Of a stretch of 44,300 nt of DNA, positions 1 to 8,524 are shown one piece after another (the stretch's first letter is position 1; each line of letters starts with the position of its first letter). The notes under the pieces are model-generated. The model was not told where the DNA came from. It did not search any database and saw only the letters and a program-made list of their open reading frames with translations. This DNA comes from Prevotella sp. (lineage in GTDB: Bacteria; Bacteroidota; Bacteroidia; Bacteroidales; Bacteroidaceae), in assembly GCA_036743855.1 (NCBI GenBank), contig DAINOS010000001.1:1-44300 (forward strand), in the 5' to 3' direction. Made by a program: the position numbers and the translations under genes.

Positions 1-328
1 GGTCGGAGGCGTTGAGCTTGACGGCGCCATCTGGTATGGCGAAATAGTTGGTGCCGTTGGTCTCGTTGTATTTCGACACGAGGGTGGTGTCTATCGCCAC
101 CGTGAGGTCTACGTCGGCGGGCACCTTCTTCGTCGATGACACCGTGATGGGATATGTCGACGGCACGTCCTCTACGACGAACTTTTGCAGGGGCGTGTTT
201 TCCGTGCCTGTCATCAGCAGTCCGTTGCGGTCATAGTCGAAGCCATCGCCCTCGGCATTGCAGCCGGAGAGAATCAAGCTGCCTGTGGCCACGACTGACA
301 TTATCAGTAAATGGAATATCTTGTTCAT
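1..328 (-). CDS. DUF1735/LamG-type surface lipoprotein of PUL1, N-terminal part (truncated by window edge)
   Basis: Not in ORF track. Manual translation from ATG at 328 gives MNKIFHLLIMSVVATGSLILSGCNAEGDGFDYDRNGLLMTGTENTPLQKFVVEDVPSTYPITVSSTKKV..., open to position 1. It has a lipobox (LSGC) and is a clear paralog of 16339..17568 (GCNAEGNDFDFNKNGLLMTGTEKTPVQKLVVEDTPSSY). Confidence 0.9.
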   Translation of the reverse strand, partial: MNKIFHLLIMSVVATGSLILSGCNAEGDGFDYDRNGLLMTGTENTPLQKFVVEDVPSTYPITVSSTKKVPADVDLTVAIDTTLVSKYNETNGTNYFAIPDGAVKLNASD

Positions 329-370
329 GATGATATGATTCTTTGTGATAAATACTTGTTGCTGCCCCCC

Positions 371-1381
371 CTATTTGCGCACGGCGGGGTTCATTATCTG
401 TATGGCCCTGCGGAAGGCGCTGTAAGGCGCGTCGTCGGTAGAGTTGTCTTCCCTGCCGTCGGGGAAATAGAGGTGCTGCGTGGTGTTGGAATAGTTGTGG
501 TCGAGATAGAAGGCTCCGCAACCGCCCTTGCGCTTGCCGTTGGCTGGCTCCCACTTGGCATAATACTCTATCTGTCCGCCATTGTGCTTCTGCCCGAACG
601 ACTCGCAGTAGACTGTCTTCTCGTCGGGACCTGCCGCGCCTACCCCGGCACCTTGTCCGCTGTAGGCCTGCTTTACGATGTAGTCGAGCTGGTCCTCGTT
701 CACGCCTCTCGGATAGCTTCCGAAATAGTCGATGATGACCAGTCGCTCAGGCCATTTACCCTCCGGGCCGAAATACTTGTTCACCTCGTCCACGACGATG
801 CGCACGTTCTCGCCCGACCATCCCTCGCAGTCGAAGTCCACGCCGTCGAGGTCGTTCTTCACGATGGTGTCCACGACCCAGCGTCCGTATGCGCGGATGG
901 CTTCCTCAGAGCGGTTCTTCGACAAGTCGACCACGCTGTCTTGGCGCACGTTGAGGTCGGCGTCGCGATACCAGAACTTGTGTCCATAGTTGGATGCGTC
1001 AGCATGATACACGAAGCGCGTGCCTTTCTTCTCGCGGGTCTCCACCATGTCGGCATAGGCGTTGGGTTGCGTCTCCTTATCGGGCAGGCCCATCCAGAGG
1101 TTGCAGATGTCGAGCGAGTCGGGCAGGCCCATGAACTTCTCGCCCCACGACTTGGTGACCTTCTCGCCCGTGCTGCCCTCTGGTGGCGCCCACGCAGCGT
1201 AGTAGCAATAGCTTATCTCGTGAGGGCTCTGCTTGAAGGCCCGCAGGTTCTCATAGTATTGAGCGTCATAAGTGGTCAGCTTCTGTATGTCGACGGCCTC
1301 AGCGTCGGTATCGCAACTGCTCATGGCGATGCTTCCGGTGATGCCCAACGCTGCCACGTAAAGGATATTTCTCAGTTTCAT
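371..1381 (-). CDS. GH18 endo-beta-N-acetylglucosaminidase-like lipoprotein (DUF4849-type)
   Basis: Lipoprotein signal (MSSC-DTD), YYENLRAFK start of domain, intact catalytic motif DGVDFDCE (DxxDxDxE), C-terminal RRAIQIMNP; lies directly after susD. Confidence 0.88.
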   Translation of the reverse strand: MKLRNILYVAALGITGSIAMSSCDTDAEAVDIQKLTTYDAQYYENLRAFKQSPHEISYCYYAAWAPPEGSTGEKVTKSWGEKFMGLPDSLDICNLWMGLPDKETQPNAYADMVETREKKGTRFVYHADASNYGHKFWYRDADLNVRQDSVVDLSKNRSEEAIRAYGRWVVDTIVKNDLDGVDFDCEGWSGENVRIVVDEVNKYFGPEGKWPERLVIIDYFGSYPRGVNEDQLDYIVKQAYSGQGAGVGAAGPDEKTVYCESFGQKHNGGQIEYYAKWEPANGKRKGGCGAFYLDHNYSNTTQHLYFPDGREDNSTDDAPYSAFRRAIQIMNPAVRK

Positions 1382-1414
1382 GTCTCGATTTCGTTTATGG
1401 TTTTGAAAACAGGA

Positions 1415-3028
1415 TTAATGATTGGGGTTCTTGTCCCACCACAGTTTCGTGCCTCCGTTGTCGGAGCCTCCAAGTTGCTTTACCGCTCCCTGCATGGCGG
1501 CGGCGTTGGTCTCATACAGCGTTGACGGATAAGGCATGCGGCGAATGCCGAGGTCGGTGTCGATGGCACCGCCACTCTGGTTGCGCACCACGGGCAGTAT
1601 CTTCGGGTATCCCGTGCGTCTGTATTCCGCCCAAGCCTCGGGGCTGACGGGCCAGTTGGCGATCCACTTCTGGGTGATGATGCGCTCAAGGTTGGTCTCG
1701 AAGCTCGCCGCGTCGTCCCACTTCACGGTTATGGTGCTGGGCTGGGCGTAGTCGTCGCTGTTTCCGGTGTTGTCCACGTAAGCCGCGGGCTGGCTCTTGT
1801 CGTCGTTGAGATAAGCGTCCACGCCGTCGGCTCCACTCTCCTTGAACGCCACTCTCACGCCTTCCTCATAGAAGTCCTTGGCGGTGCCGCCCATGCTCCA
1901 GCCGCGGAGGGCGGCCTCAGCGCGGAGGAAGTAGGCCTCCGAAGCCTTCATGATGTAGATTGGCGAGATGGCGGTGAGGTTGAGGTTGGAAATCTTGTCG
2001 CCCTGATAGTTTTCCTTGCCGTTGGAGCTGACGTTGGCACCCTGGCGCACGCCGTGGTAGCCACCCTCACCGGCCTCCTTGAAATACTTGCCCAGGCGCG
2101 GGTCTTTCAGGCCGTTGAGATAAGAGTCCATGGTGGCGCTCATGCGCTCCTCGCCCCAAGAGTAGGCCTGCTCGTAGAGGGGGTTCATCAGCGAGATGCT
2201 GGTGCTCAGGATTTGCGCGTCGTCGCTCGCGCTCTCAAGGAATCCCACGGGCGAGGCAGCCGACTTTTCTCCCTCGGTCTTTGCCAGCGTGGGGTCAGCG
2301 TAGACCACGCGCAAGGCGAGGCGGAGGCGAAGGGTGTTGGCGAGTTGCGTCCACTTCTTGGCGTCGCCGGAGTATACATAGTCGTACTTCGACATGATTT
2401 TGGTGCCAGCCTGGGCATAAGGCGTGAGGATGTCGATGGCGCTGTCGAGCTCCTCGAAGAAACGCTTGTAGACCGTTTGCTGCGAGTCGAACTGCGCGTT
2501 GACGTTGCCCTGTTTGAAGGTGGTGTAAGGTATGGGGCCGTAGAAGTCGGTGACGCGGTGCATGCCGAGCACCTTCACCACGTCGCCCAAGGCCTTGACC
2601 TGTGGCTGGTTGATAGCCGTGGCGTTCTTTGCGAGATTTTGCCATGCGGGCATGATTTGGGTGAAGCACTGCGAGTACATCCTGTTGCCCCAATCGGTAG
2701 AGAAGGAGTAGGAGCCGTTGTTGCTGCTGCCCCTCCACGTGCCCGTGGCACCGATATAGCCAGAGTACCAGTCGGAGCTGAGCCCCTGCACATGCTGGTA
2801 GGCACCCGTGGAGCCATAGCTGTCGTCTTGCACGCCACCTGCCGTGAACGGCACCATGCGGATGAGCATCTGCGAGAAGAAGGAGCCCATCTTCAAGCCG
2901 TCTTGCTCCATCATCCCCTCCGTGGCCTCGTGGGGATTGGTGTTTATCTTCTCGAAGCTGTCGGTGCAAGCCGACATCGCCATCATGGTCATGGCACCGA
3001 GAAATGTATATTTGATGATTGATTTCAT
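1415..3028 (-). CDS. SusD/RagB-family glycan-binding lipoprotein
   Basis: Lipobox MSAC, HRVTDFYGPIPY, ANTLRLRLA, ERIITQKWIA, EAWAEYRRTGYP, GGTKLWWD; follows susC. Confidence 0.95.
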   Translation of the reverse strand: MKSIIKYTFLGAMTMMAMSACTDSFEKINTNPHEATEGMMEQDGLKMGSFFSQMLIRMVPFTAGGVQDDSYGSTGAYQHVQGLSSDWYSGYIGATGTWRGSSNNGSYSFSTDWGNRMYSQCFTQIMPAWQNLAKNATAINQPQVKALGDVVKVLGMHRVTDFYGPIPYTTFKQGNVNAQFDSQQTVYKRFFEELDSAIDILTPYAQAGTKIMSKYDYVYSGDAKKWTQLANTLRLRLALRVVYADPTLAKTEGEKSAASPVGFLESASDDAQILSTSISLMNPLYEQAYSWGEERMSATMDSYLNGLKDPRLGKYFKEAGEGGYHGVRQGANVSSNGKENYQGDKISNLNLTAISPIYIMKASEAYFLRAEAALRGWSMGGTAKDFYEEGVRVAFKESGADGVDAYLNDDKSQPAAYVDNTGNSDDYAQPSTITVKWDDAASFETNLERIITQKWIANWPVSPEAWAEYRRTGYPKILPVVRNQSGGAIDTDLGIRRMPYPSTLYETNAAAMQGAVKQLGGSDNGGTKLWWDKNPNH

Positions 3029-3069
3029 AAATTTAAGATTCTATGGTTTTCTGATTGTCTTTGTCGGGG

Positions 3070-6000
3070 TTAGAACTTGACTTTCACCGAGAAGCCCATG
3101 GTGCGTAGGCTTGGCTGCATGAAGTAGTCGATGCCCTGGTTGTAGGTGCCCGTGCTTGCCGTCATCTCCGGGTCAAATGGTGCCTTGTTGTAGATCATCC
3201 ACAGGTTGTGGGCGACGAAGTTCAAGGTCATGCCCTTGATCCATCCCACGTATCTGTGTATGGGTATGTCGTAGCCGAAGCTCAACTCTTGCAGGCGCAG
3301 GTTGGTGGCACTATAAACATACTGCGAGGCGATGGTCGACGTGGGGCTGGCGATGGTGGTGTAGTAGTCGTGGGCGTCGAGCTTGAAGCCCTGGAGCAGC
3401 ACGCCGCCGTTGTCGCGCGCGTCGGCGGATGCCTTCGAGGTGCCATAAGCGTCCATGAGGCTCTGGGTGAGCGACACCACGCGTCCGCCGTTGCGATAGG
3501 TGAAGAGGAATCCGAGGTGGAAGCCTTTCCAGCTGAAGTTGTTGCCCCACGAGAGGTTGTAGTTGGGCAGGGTGGTTCCCGCATACTTATACTCGTTGGC
3601 GGTTGGCACGACGTTGTAGTTTTGCGTGTCGATGTAGTAGCCTCCGTGCTCGTCGGTCTTCAGCGTGCGCACGTATAAGTCGCCAAGGGTTCCGCCCTCG
3701 GTGATGGTCTGTCGCACGCCGTTGAAGCCGCCAAGATCCATCTGGCCGAGCGAATAGGTCTCGCCGCTCTCCGGGTCCTTATAGTCGGTGATGAGCTTCT
3801 TGACCTTGTTGCGGTTGAGGGTCCACGTGAGATATGTCTCCCACTCCACCGGTCCGAGCGGCTGGTTGAAACGCGCGCTCAGCTCAATGCCCTTGTTGTC
3901 CACGCGACCGCCGTTGACCCACATGTTGGTGTAGCCGGAGGTCTCAGGGAGCTTGATGTTGAAAAACTGGTTGTAGGTGCGCGATTGGTAGAGCGTGGCG
4001 TTCACCTTCAAGCGGTTGCGGAAGAGCACGAGGTCGATACCGGCTTCCCACGACTTGGTGCGCTCTGCCGTGAGGCTTGAGTTCTTCTTGAACGTCGAGG
4101 TCGACGGTCCGGCGTTGGTCACGGGGTATGTGGTCATGGTGAGGAAGGGGTCGGTCGGGTCGTTGCCCACCTCCGAATAGCTCACGCGCGTCTTCAGGTA
4201 GTTGAGGTAGTTGTCGCTCTTGATCTGCGGCACTATCTCGGTCCAGATGCCTGAGATGCCGGCGCTCCAATAGAAGAAGCTCTTTTGCGCTCCGGCGAGT
4301 TTCGACGACCAGTCGTTGCGTGCCGTCACGTCGAGGTAGGCCATGGAGCGGTAGCCGAGCTGCGCGCTGCCGTAGACGGCTTCCTTGCGGGTCTCGTAGC
4401 CGCTCTGCGAGTGCTTGGTGTTTGGGTCGGATGTGAGCACGTTGCTCACCGTGAAGAGGTTGGGCACCTTTGCCAACGGGCCTTCCCAGCCGTCGCGGTC
4501 GAGGTTGCGCTGGTCGAAGCTCGTGCCAAGGGTGGCGGTGATGTTCCAGCGGTCGTGGTCGAAATACTTGTTGATGTTGGCGAACGCCTCGGCGTAATAC
4601 TGCTTGGAGTTCTGGTGCGTCAAGCCATAGGCGCCGTTGTCGCCGTGGGCGAACTGGTTGATGGTGCTGGCGTAGTATTTCTTCTCGTAGCGGTCCTCGG
4701 CGCGATCGTATTTCACGCGACCCGTGAGGCTTATCCAGGGAGCTATCTCGTATTTGAGCGAGGCGGTGAAGATATGGCGCTCCTTGTGGTTGATGAACTT
4801 GTTGCGCTCGGTGGTCCAGTAGGGGTTCTGCATGCTCATGCTCATGTCGCCCCACGGCCAGTATTGCACAGGGAAGTTGCGGTCGGAGTCGTAACGCTCA
4901 AAATATTTCACGGCGTTGAAGTCGGCCCCTGGGGGGAAGAGGTAGAGGGCGTAGAGCGGGTTGAAATATTGTCCCTGCGAGATCATGTTCTGCTCCTTGA
5001 CCGTCGTCATCATGTAGCCCAGGTCGAGGGTCATCTTGTCTTTGAGGAACTTGCTGGTGTTGCGCACGTTCACGTTGTAGCGGTCGTAGTCGTTGTTGTG
5101 GATGAGACCCTCGGCGTTGTTGGAGCCGAGTGAGAAATATGTCTGGTTGCGCTCCGTTCCGGTGGACACTGCCACGGTGTTGGAGAAGTTTGTAGAGGTC
5201 TGGAAGAAGTCGGCGGGATCATAGCTCGACGGCTGTGCCAGCTTGCTGCCCCAGCTGTCGTAGCTCGTGGAGGACGTCTGGCCGTAGGTGTTTTGGAACT
5301 CGGGCATGACGAATGGATGGGAGAACTGGAAGCTGCCCGTATAGGTGACGTCGAGCTTGCCTTCTTTTCCTTTTTTTGTCGTCACGAGAATCACGCCGTT
5401 GCTCGCCTCGCTGCCATAGAGGGCGGCGGCGGAAGGGCCTGAGAGCACCGAGATGGACTCGATGTCGTCGGGGTTGAGGTTTGATATGGCATCGCCGGTG
5501 GAGCCCGCGCCGTCGTACATGCTCTCCGGCTGGTCGCCCTGCACGTCGGTCATGGGTATGCCGTCGATGACGTAGAGCACATTGTTGTTGCCGTTGATGG
5601 ATTTCACGCCGCGCATCACCACGCGCGAGGCGCCGCCGATGCCAGACGAACTGGCGTTGATCTGCACGCCAGCCACCTTGCCGTTGAGCGAGTTGACGAA
5701 GTTGGCGTCTTTCACCGTGGTCACGGCATCGGAGTTGAGCTGCTGCACGTTGTAAGACAGCGACTTGGCCTCCTTCTTTATGCCGAGGGCGGTGACGACC
5801 ACCTCGTTGAGCACCTTGTTGTCTTCCTCCAACGAGGCTTCAACGGTGTTGCCCTTCACGCGCACCTCCTTGTTGTTGAATCCCACATAGGATAACTCCA
5901 AGGTCTCGCCACGCGAGGCGTTGATGGAGAAATTGCCGTCGATGTCGGTCACGGCCACGCCGCCATCCTTGGTCTTGACGCTCACGCCCACGAGGGGCTC

Positions 6001-6408
6001 GCCATTGCTGTCGGTGACGTGTCCGGTGACTTTCTCAGTAGCTGTCTTTTTCTTTGGTTGTTGCTGCCGTGGGTGCTTGGCGTTGGTGTCGGTCTTGCGG
6101 ATGATGATGTGCCTCTGCTGGATTTCATATTCCAGGCCAGAGCCTTGAAGCATCTGCCCGAGCACGTTGGCGAGATTGGTCTTTTTGCTGTTGAAAGAGA
6201 TTTTCTTCCGCAGGTCTATGTTGCCAAGCTCATAGTCCACGGACATTTTCGTCTGCTGCTCTATGGTCTTAATGACTTGTTGTACAGTGGCTTGGCGCGT
6301 AGGCAGCTGAATGACCTGCTTCTGACCGTAAGCCATTGAAAACGAAAGCATAAGAGCAAATGCAGCGGCCATGCCCCTGTTGCCCAAGGGCGCCTTTCTG
6401 TTTTTCAT
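3070..6408 (-). CDS. SusC/RagA TonB-dependent transporter with N-terminal STN signalling domain
   Basis: N-terminal extension (TVQQVIKTIEQQT...GSGLEYEIQQRHIII), LNEVVVTALGI, plug motif DIESISVLSGPSAAALYGSEASNGVILVTTKKG, C-terminal Phe (VKVKF). Confidence 0.96.
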   Translation of the reverse strand: MKNRKAPLGNRGMAAAFALMLSFSMAYGQKQVIQLPTRQATVQQVIKTIEQQTKMSVDYELGNIDLRKKISFNSKKTNLANVLGQMLQGSGLEYEIQQRHIIIRKTDTNAKHPRQQQPKKKTATEKVTGHVTDSNGEPLVGVSVKTKDGGVAVTDIDGNFSINASRGETLELSYVGFNNKEVRVKGNTVEASLEEDNKVLNEVVVTALGIKKEAKSLSYNVQQLNSDAVTTVKDANFVNSLNGKVAGVQINASSSGIGGASRVVMRGVKSINGNNNVLYVIDGIPMTDVQGDQPESMYDGAGSTGDAISNLNPDDIESISVLSGPSAAALYGSEASNGVILVTTKKGKEGKLDVTYTGSFQFSHPFVMPEFQNTYGQTSSTSYDSWGSKLAQPSSYDPADFFQTSTNFSNTVAVSTGTERNQTYFSLGSNNAEGLIHNNDYDRYNVNVRNTSKFLKDKMTLDLGYMMTTVKEQNMISQGQYFNPLYALYLFPPGADFNAVKYFERYDSDRNFPVQYWPWGDMSMSMQNPYWTTERNKFINHKERHIFTASLKYEIAPWISLTGRVKYDRAEDRYEKKYYASTINQFAHGDNGAYGLTHQNSKQYYAEAFANINKYFDHDRWNITATLGTSFDQRNLDRDGWEGPLAKVPNLFTVSNVLTSDPNTKHSQSGYETRKEAVYGSAQLGYRSMAYLDVTARNDWSSKLAGAQKSFFYWSAGISGIWTEIVPQIKSDNYLNYLKTRVSYSEVGNDPTDPFLTMTTYPVTNAGPSTSTFKKNSSLTAERTKSWEAGIDLVLFRNRLKVNATLYQSRTYNQFFNIKLPETSGYTNMWVNGGRVDNKGIELSARFNQPLGPVEWETYLTWTLNRNKVKKLITDYKDPESGETYSLGQMDLGGFNGVRQTITEGGTLGDLYVRTLKTDEHGGYYIDTQNYNVVPTANEYKYAGTTLPNYNLSWGNNFSWKGFHLGFLFTYRNGGRVVSLTQSLMDAYGTSKASADARDNGGVLLQGFKLDAHDYYTTIASPTSTIASQYVYSATNLRLQELSFGYDIPIHRYVGWIKGMTLNFVAHNLWMIYNKAPFDPEMTASTGTYNQGIDYFMQPSLRTMGFSVKVKF

Positions 6409-6448
6409 ACGCTTTTGGTTGTATTATTGGTTTTGTGAAAATTAGTTC
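6400..6448. repeat. Bipartite inverted-repeat partner of 23467..23510 (blocks 6400-6411 and 6431-6448)
   Basis: gtttttcatacg (6400-6411) and ttttgtgaaaattagttc (6431-6448) are exact reverse complements of 23499-23510 and 23467-23484. Confidence 0.9.
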
Positions 6449-6533
6449 TCAGTTCTCATGTCTTAATCAGCGAAGGCCGTAGATGGCAAAGTGTAGAAAG
6501 TAAAGTAGATATTGTGTGAAGATTTGGAGAGGT

Positions 6534-7547
6534 TCAGGACGGCGAGCGATATATGGTGACGCGTCTGCCGTCTATCTTGTAGTGGTATTTGTTTTGCATC
6601 GACGTGACGACATCGAGAATCTCCTCAAGCGTCTCGTCGTGATGGAAGTCCATGGTGAACCTCCTGCCCTGGTCCACGTCGGCGGGCATCGCGATCGCCA
6701 CGTCGAAACGCCGGCTTATCGCGCCGATAATCTCGCGCAGGGTGGCCCGCTCGAAGGTCATGTCGCCTTTGGTCCAGCTCACCACGGGGGCTATCCTGGC
6801 GGCGCGCTTGCTCACCGCGCCTGTCGACTTGTCGTATTCTATCTGGTCGCCCGGATGAAGCATCGAGGTGAACTTGCCGTCGTAGACCTTCACCAAGCCT
6901 TCTTCGAGCGTGGCGGTGATGGTCTTGCTATCTTGGCGGGCATCGACATTGAACTTGGTGCCGACGGCCTGCACGCTCAGCTTGTTGGCATGCACGATGA
7001 ATGGGTGGCGCTTGTCCTTGGCTACCTTGAAGTTGGCTTCGCCAAGAAGGTAGACATCGCGGTCGCCATGGCCGAACTGCTTGGGGTAATAAAGCGTGCT
7101 GCTGCCGTTGACGTAGGCTCGCGTGCCGTCGGGCAGCACGATGCTGTCGAGCCCGCTTTCAGGCACGGTCATCTCCACGAGCTTGGTGTCGGTACCATAA
7201 TAATATGTGGAGCCAAGCCATACCGCCACGCCCGTGACAACTGGTATGGCAATGGACGCTGCCAATCGCAGGATGGCACGGCGACGGGCGCGAGAGGCGA
7301 GCTTGTCCTCGTAGGCATCGCGAGTGGCCTCGAAGCGGGCAAGGGCGGCGCGGGTGGTGTCGGCATCAGCATGAGTCTCAGCCTGTTGCCAGATGTCATC
7401 GTGCTCCCAAATGTCGAAGAAAGCGTTTCGTTTGGCCGACTCGTCCTCAGGGCTGACAAGCCATTGCTTGACGGCGCGCTCATCGTGGCGACCAACAAGG
7501 CGGTCGAACCAAAGACGGACTATTTGCTTGATTGTTTCTTTCTTCAT
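6534..7547 (-). CDS. FecR-family anti-sigma factor
   Basis: Single TM helix (LRLAASIAIPVVTGVAVWL), LPDGTRAYVNGSSTLYYP, GEANFKVAKD..PFIV, VGTKFNV; directly upstream of the STN-bearing susC. Confidence 0.93.
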   Translation of the reverse strand: MKKETIKQIVRLWFDRLVGRHDERAVKQWLVSPEDESAKRNAFFDIWEHDDIWQQAETHADADTTRAALARFEATRDAYEDKLASRARRRAILRLAASIAIPVVTGVAVWLGSTYYYGTDTKLVEMTVPESGLDSIVLPDGTRAYVNGSSTLYYPKQFGHGDRDVYLLGEANFKVAKDKRHPFIVHANKLSVQAVGTKFNVDARQDSKTITATLEEGLVKVYDGKFTSMLHPGDQIEYDKSTGAVSKRAARIAPVVSWTKGDMTFERATLREIIGAISRRFDVAIAMPADVDQGRRFTMDFHHDETLEEILDVVTSMQNKYHYKIDGRRVTIYRSPS

Positions 7548-7634
7548 GTGCGTTTTTTGGTCTTTCTACAACGCAGACAAACGAAAGGGCAAACACACGT
7601 AGTGAACAAATGTTAAAAACAAGGCATCGGCCTT

Positions 7635-7708
7635 ACGCTTGAATCGTGATGCGTTTACGCTTGAATCGCGATGGCTCCACGCTTGAATCGCGGCGCGATT
7701 CAAGCGTG
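7635..7708. repeat. Three direct 12-mers at 22-bp period plus one inverted copy forming a 15-bp palindrome
   Basis: acgcttgaatcg at 7635, 7657 and 7679; cacgcttgaatcgcg (7678-7692) is the exact reverse complement of cgcgattcaagcgtg (7694-7708). Confidence 0.9.
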
Positions 7709-7891
7709 AAGCCGACGCGATGTCATATATGCCCCCCAAGCAGCTAACAAATTGGCTTAAAAGCCTCGCTTTACACAGCATCTCCCGTCGAGATTCTCAG
7801 AAAAACATCAAAACATTTTGAGGTTTCGTAATAAAGTCGTACATTTACAAGCAAATATAAACAGCCATTTATATAAACGATAATTTACATT

Positions 7892-8387
7892 ATGAAGTTC
7901 TATGATAGAAAAAACGAACTTGGAGGGAAAATACGAGTTGATACGTCGTGTGAAACCTCTGTTGGCTAAACAAAATGGCAAGGTGACAGCATACGAGATA
8001 CATGATCCTTTCTTGCGCTTTTGGTTTCGATTCATCTATCCTTACCAGTCGTTGATAGAGCGTAATTTGTTCTCACTCTTACGAAGCAATGTCTACAAAA
8101 ATTACGAGAGTTTCACAGGACGTACGCTCGAACGCTATTTCCAAGACAAGATGATGGAGACAGAACAATTTACACAAGTAGGTAATTGGTGGGACAGAAA
8201 GGGACAAAACGAGATAGATCTCATCGCCATAAACGAGTTTGACCATACAGGCATCGTTGCCGAAGTCAAACGCAATGCGCATAAGATTAGTATGGCTAAG
8301 TTGCAAGAGAAGGTAGCCATGTTGCCAAAGAAAGATTTTGGTGAGTATAAGTTTCAGTTGCAGGCATTCTCGTTGGAGAATATGTGA
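7892..8387 (+). pseudogene. Internally deleted ATP-binding protein (ATPase_2/DUF234-type, C-terminal PD-(D/E)xK-like domain)
   Basis: ATG at 7892 gives MKFYDRKNEL, the typical family N-terminus, then stops after 25 codons. The C-terminal region (DPFLRFWFRFIYP, GRTLERYF, GNWWDRKGQNEIDLIA..AEVKR) is in another frame from ~7902. No Walker A motif is present. Confidence 0.78.
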
Positions 8388-8524
8388 TAGGATTGTGTTC
8401 TTGATAGAGACATAGCACTCTTCCTATGGTTGCGATTTGAAAGATTCAGCACAAAAATAATTATGTATTGAAAATGTACAATCAGTTGTAATGCTTTGAC
8501 CGGATAGCTGATGCCTACTGCATC

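Noticed and set aside
6409..6533. cis-antisense (DonS-like) sRNA in the fecR-susC spacer
   Set aside because: No exact plus-strand TAnnTTTG promoter or clear terminator found; it cannot be supported from sequence alone.
7635..7708. Repeat array as a mini-CRISPR
   Set aside because: Repeats of 12 bp and spacers of 10 bp are far too short, and there are no cas genes.
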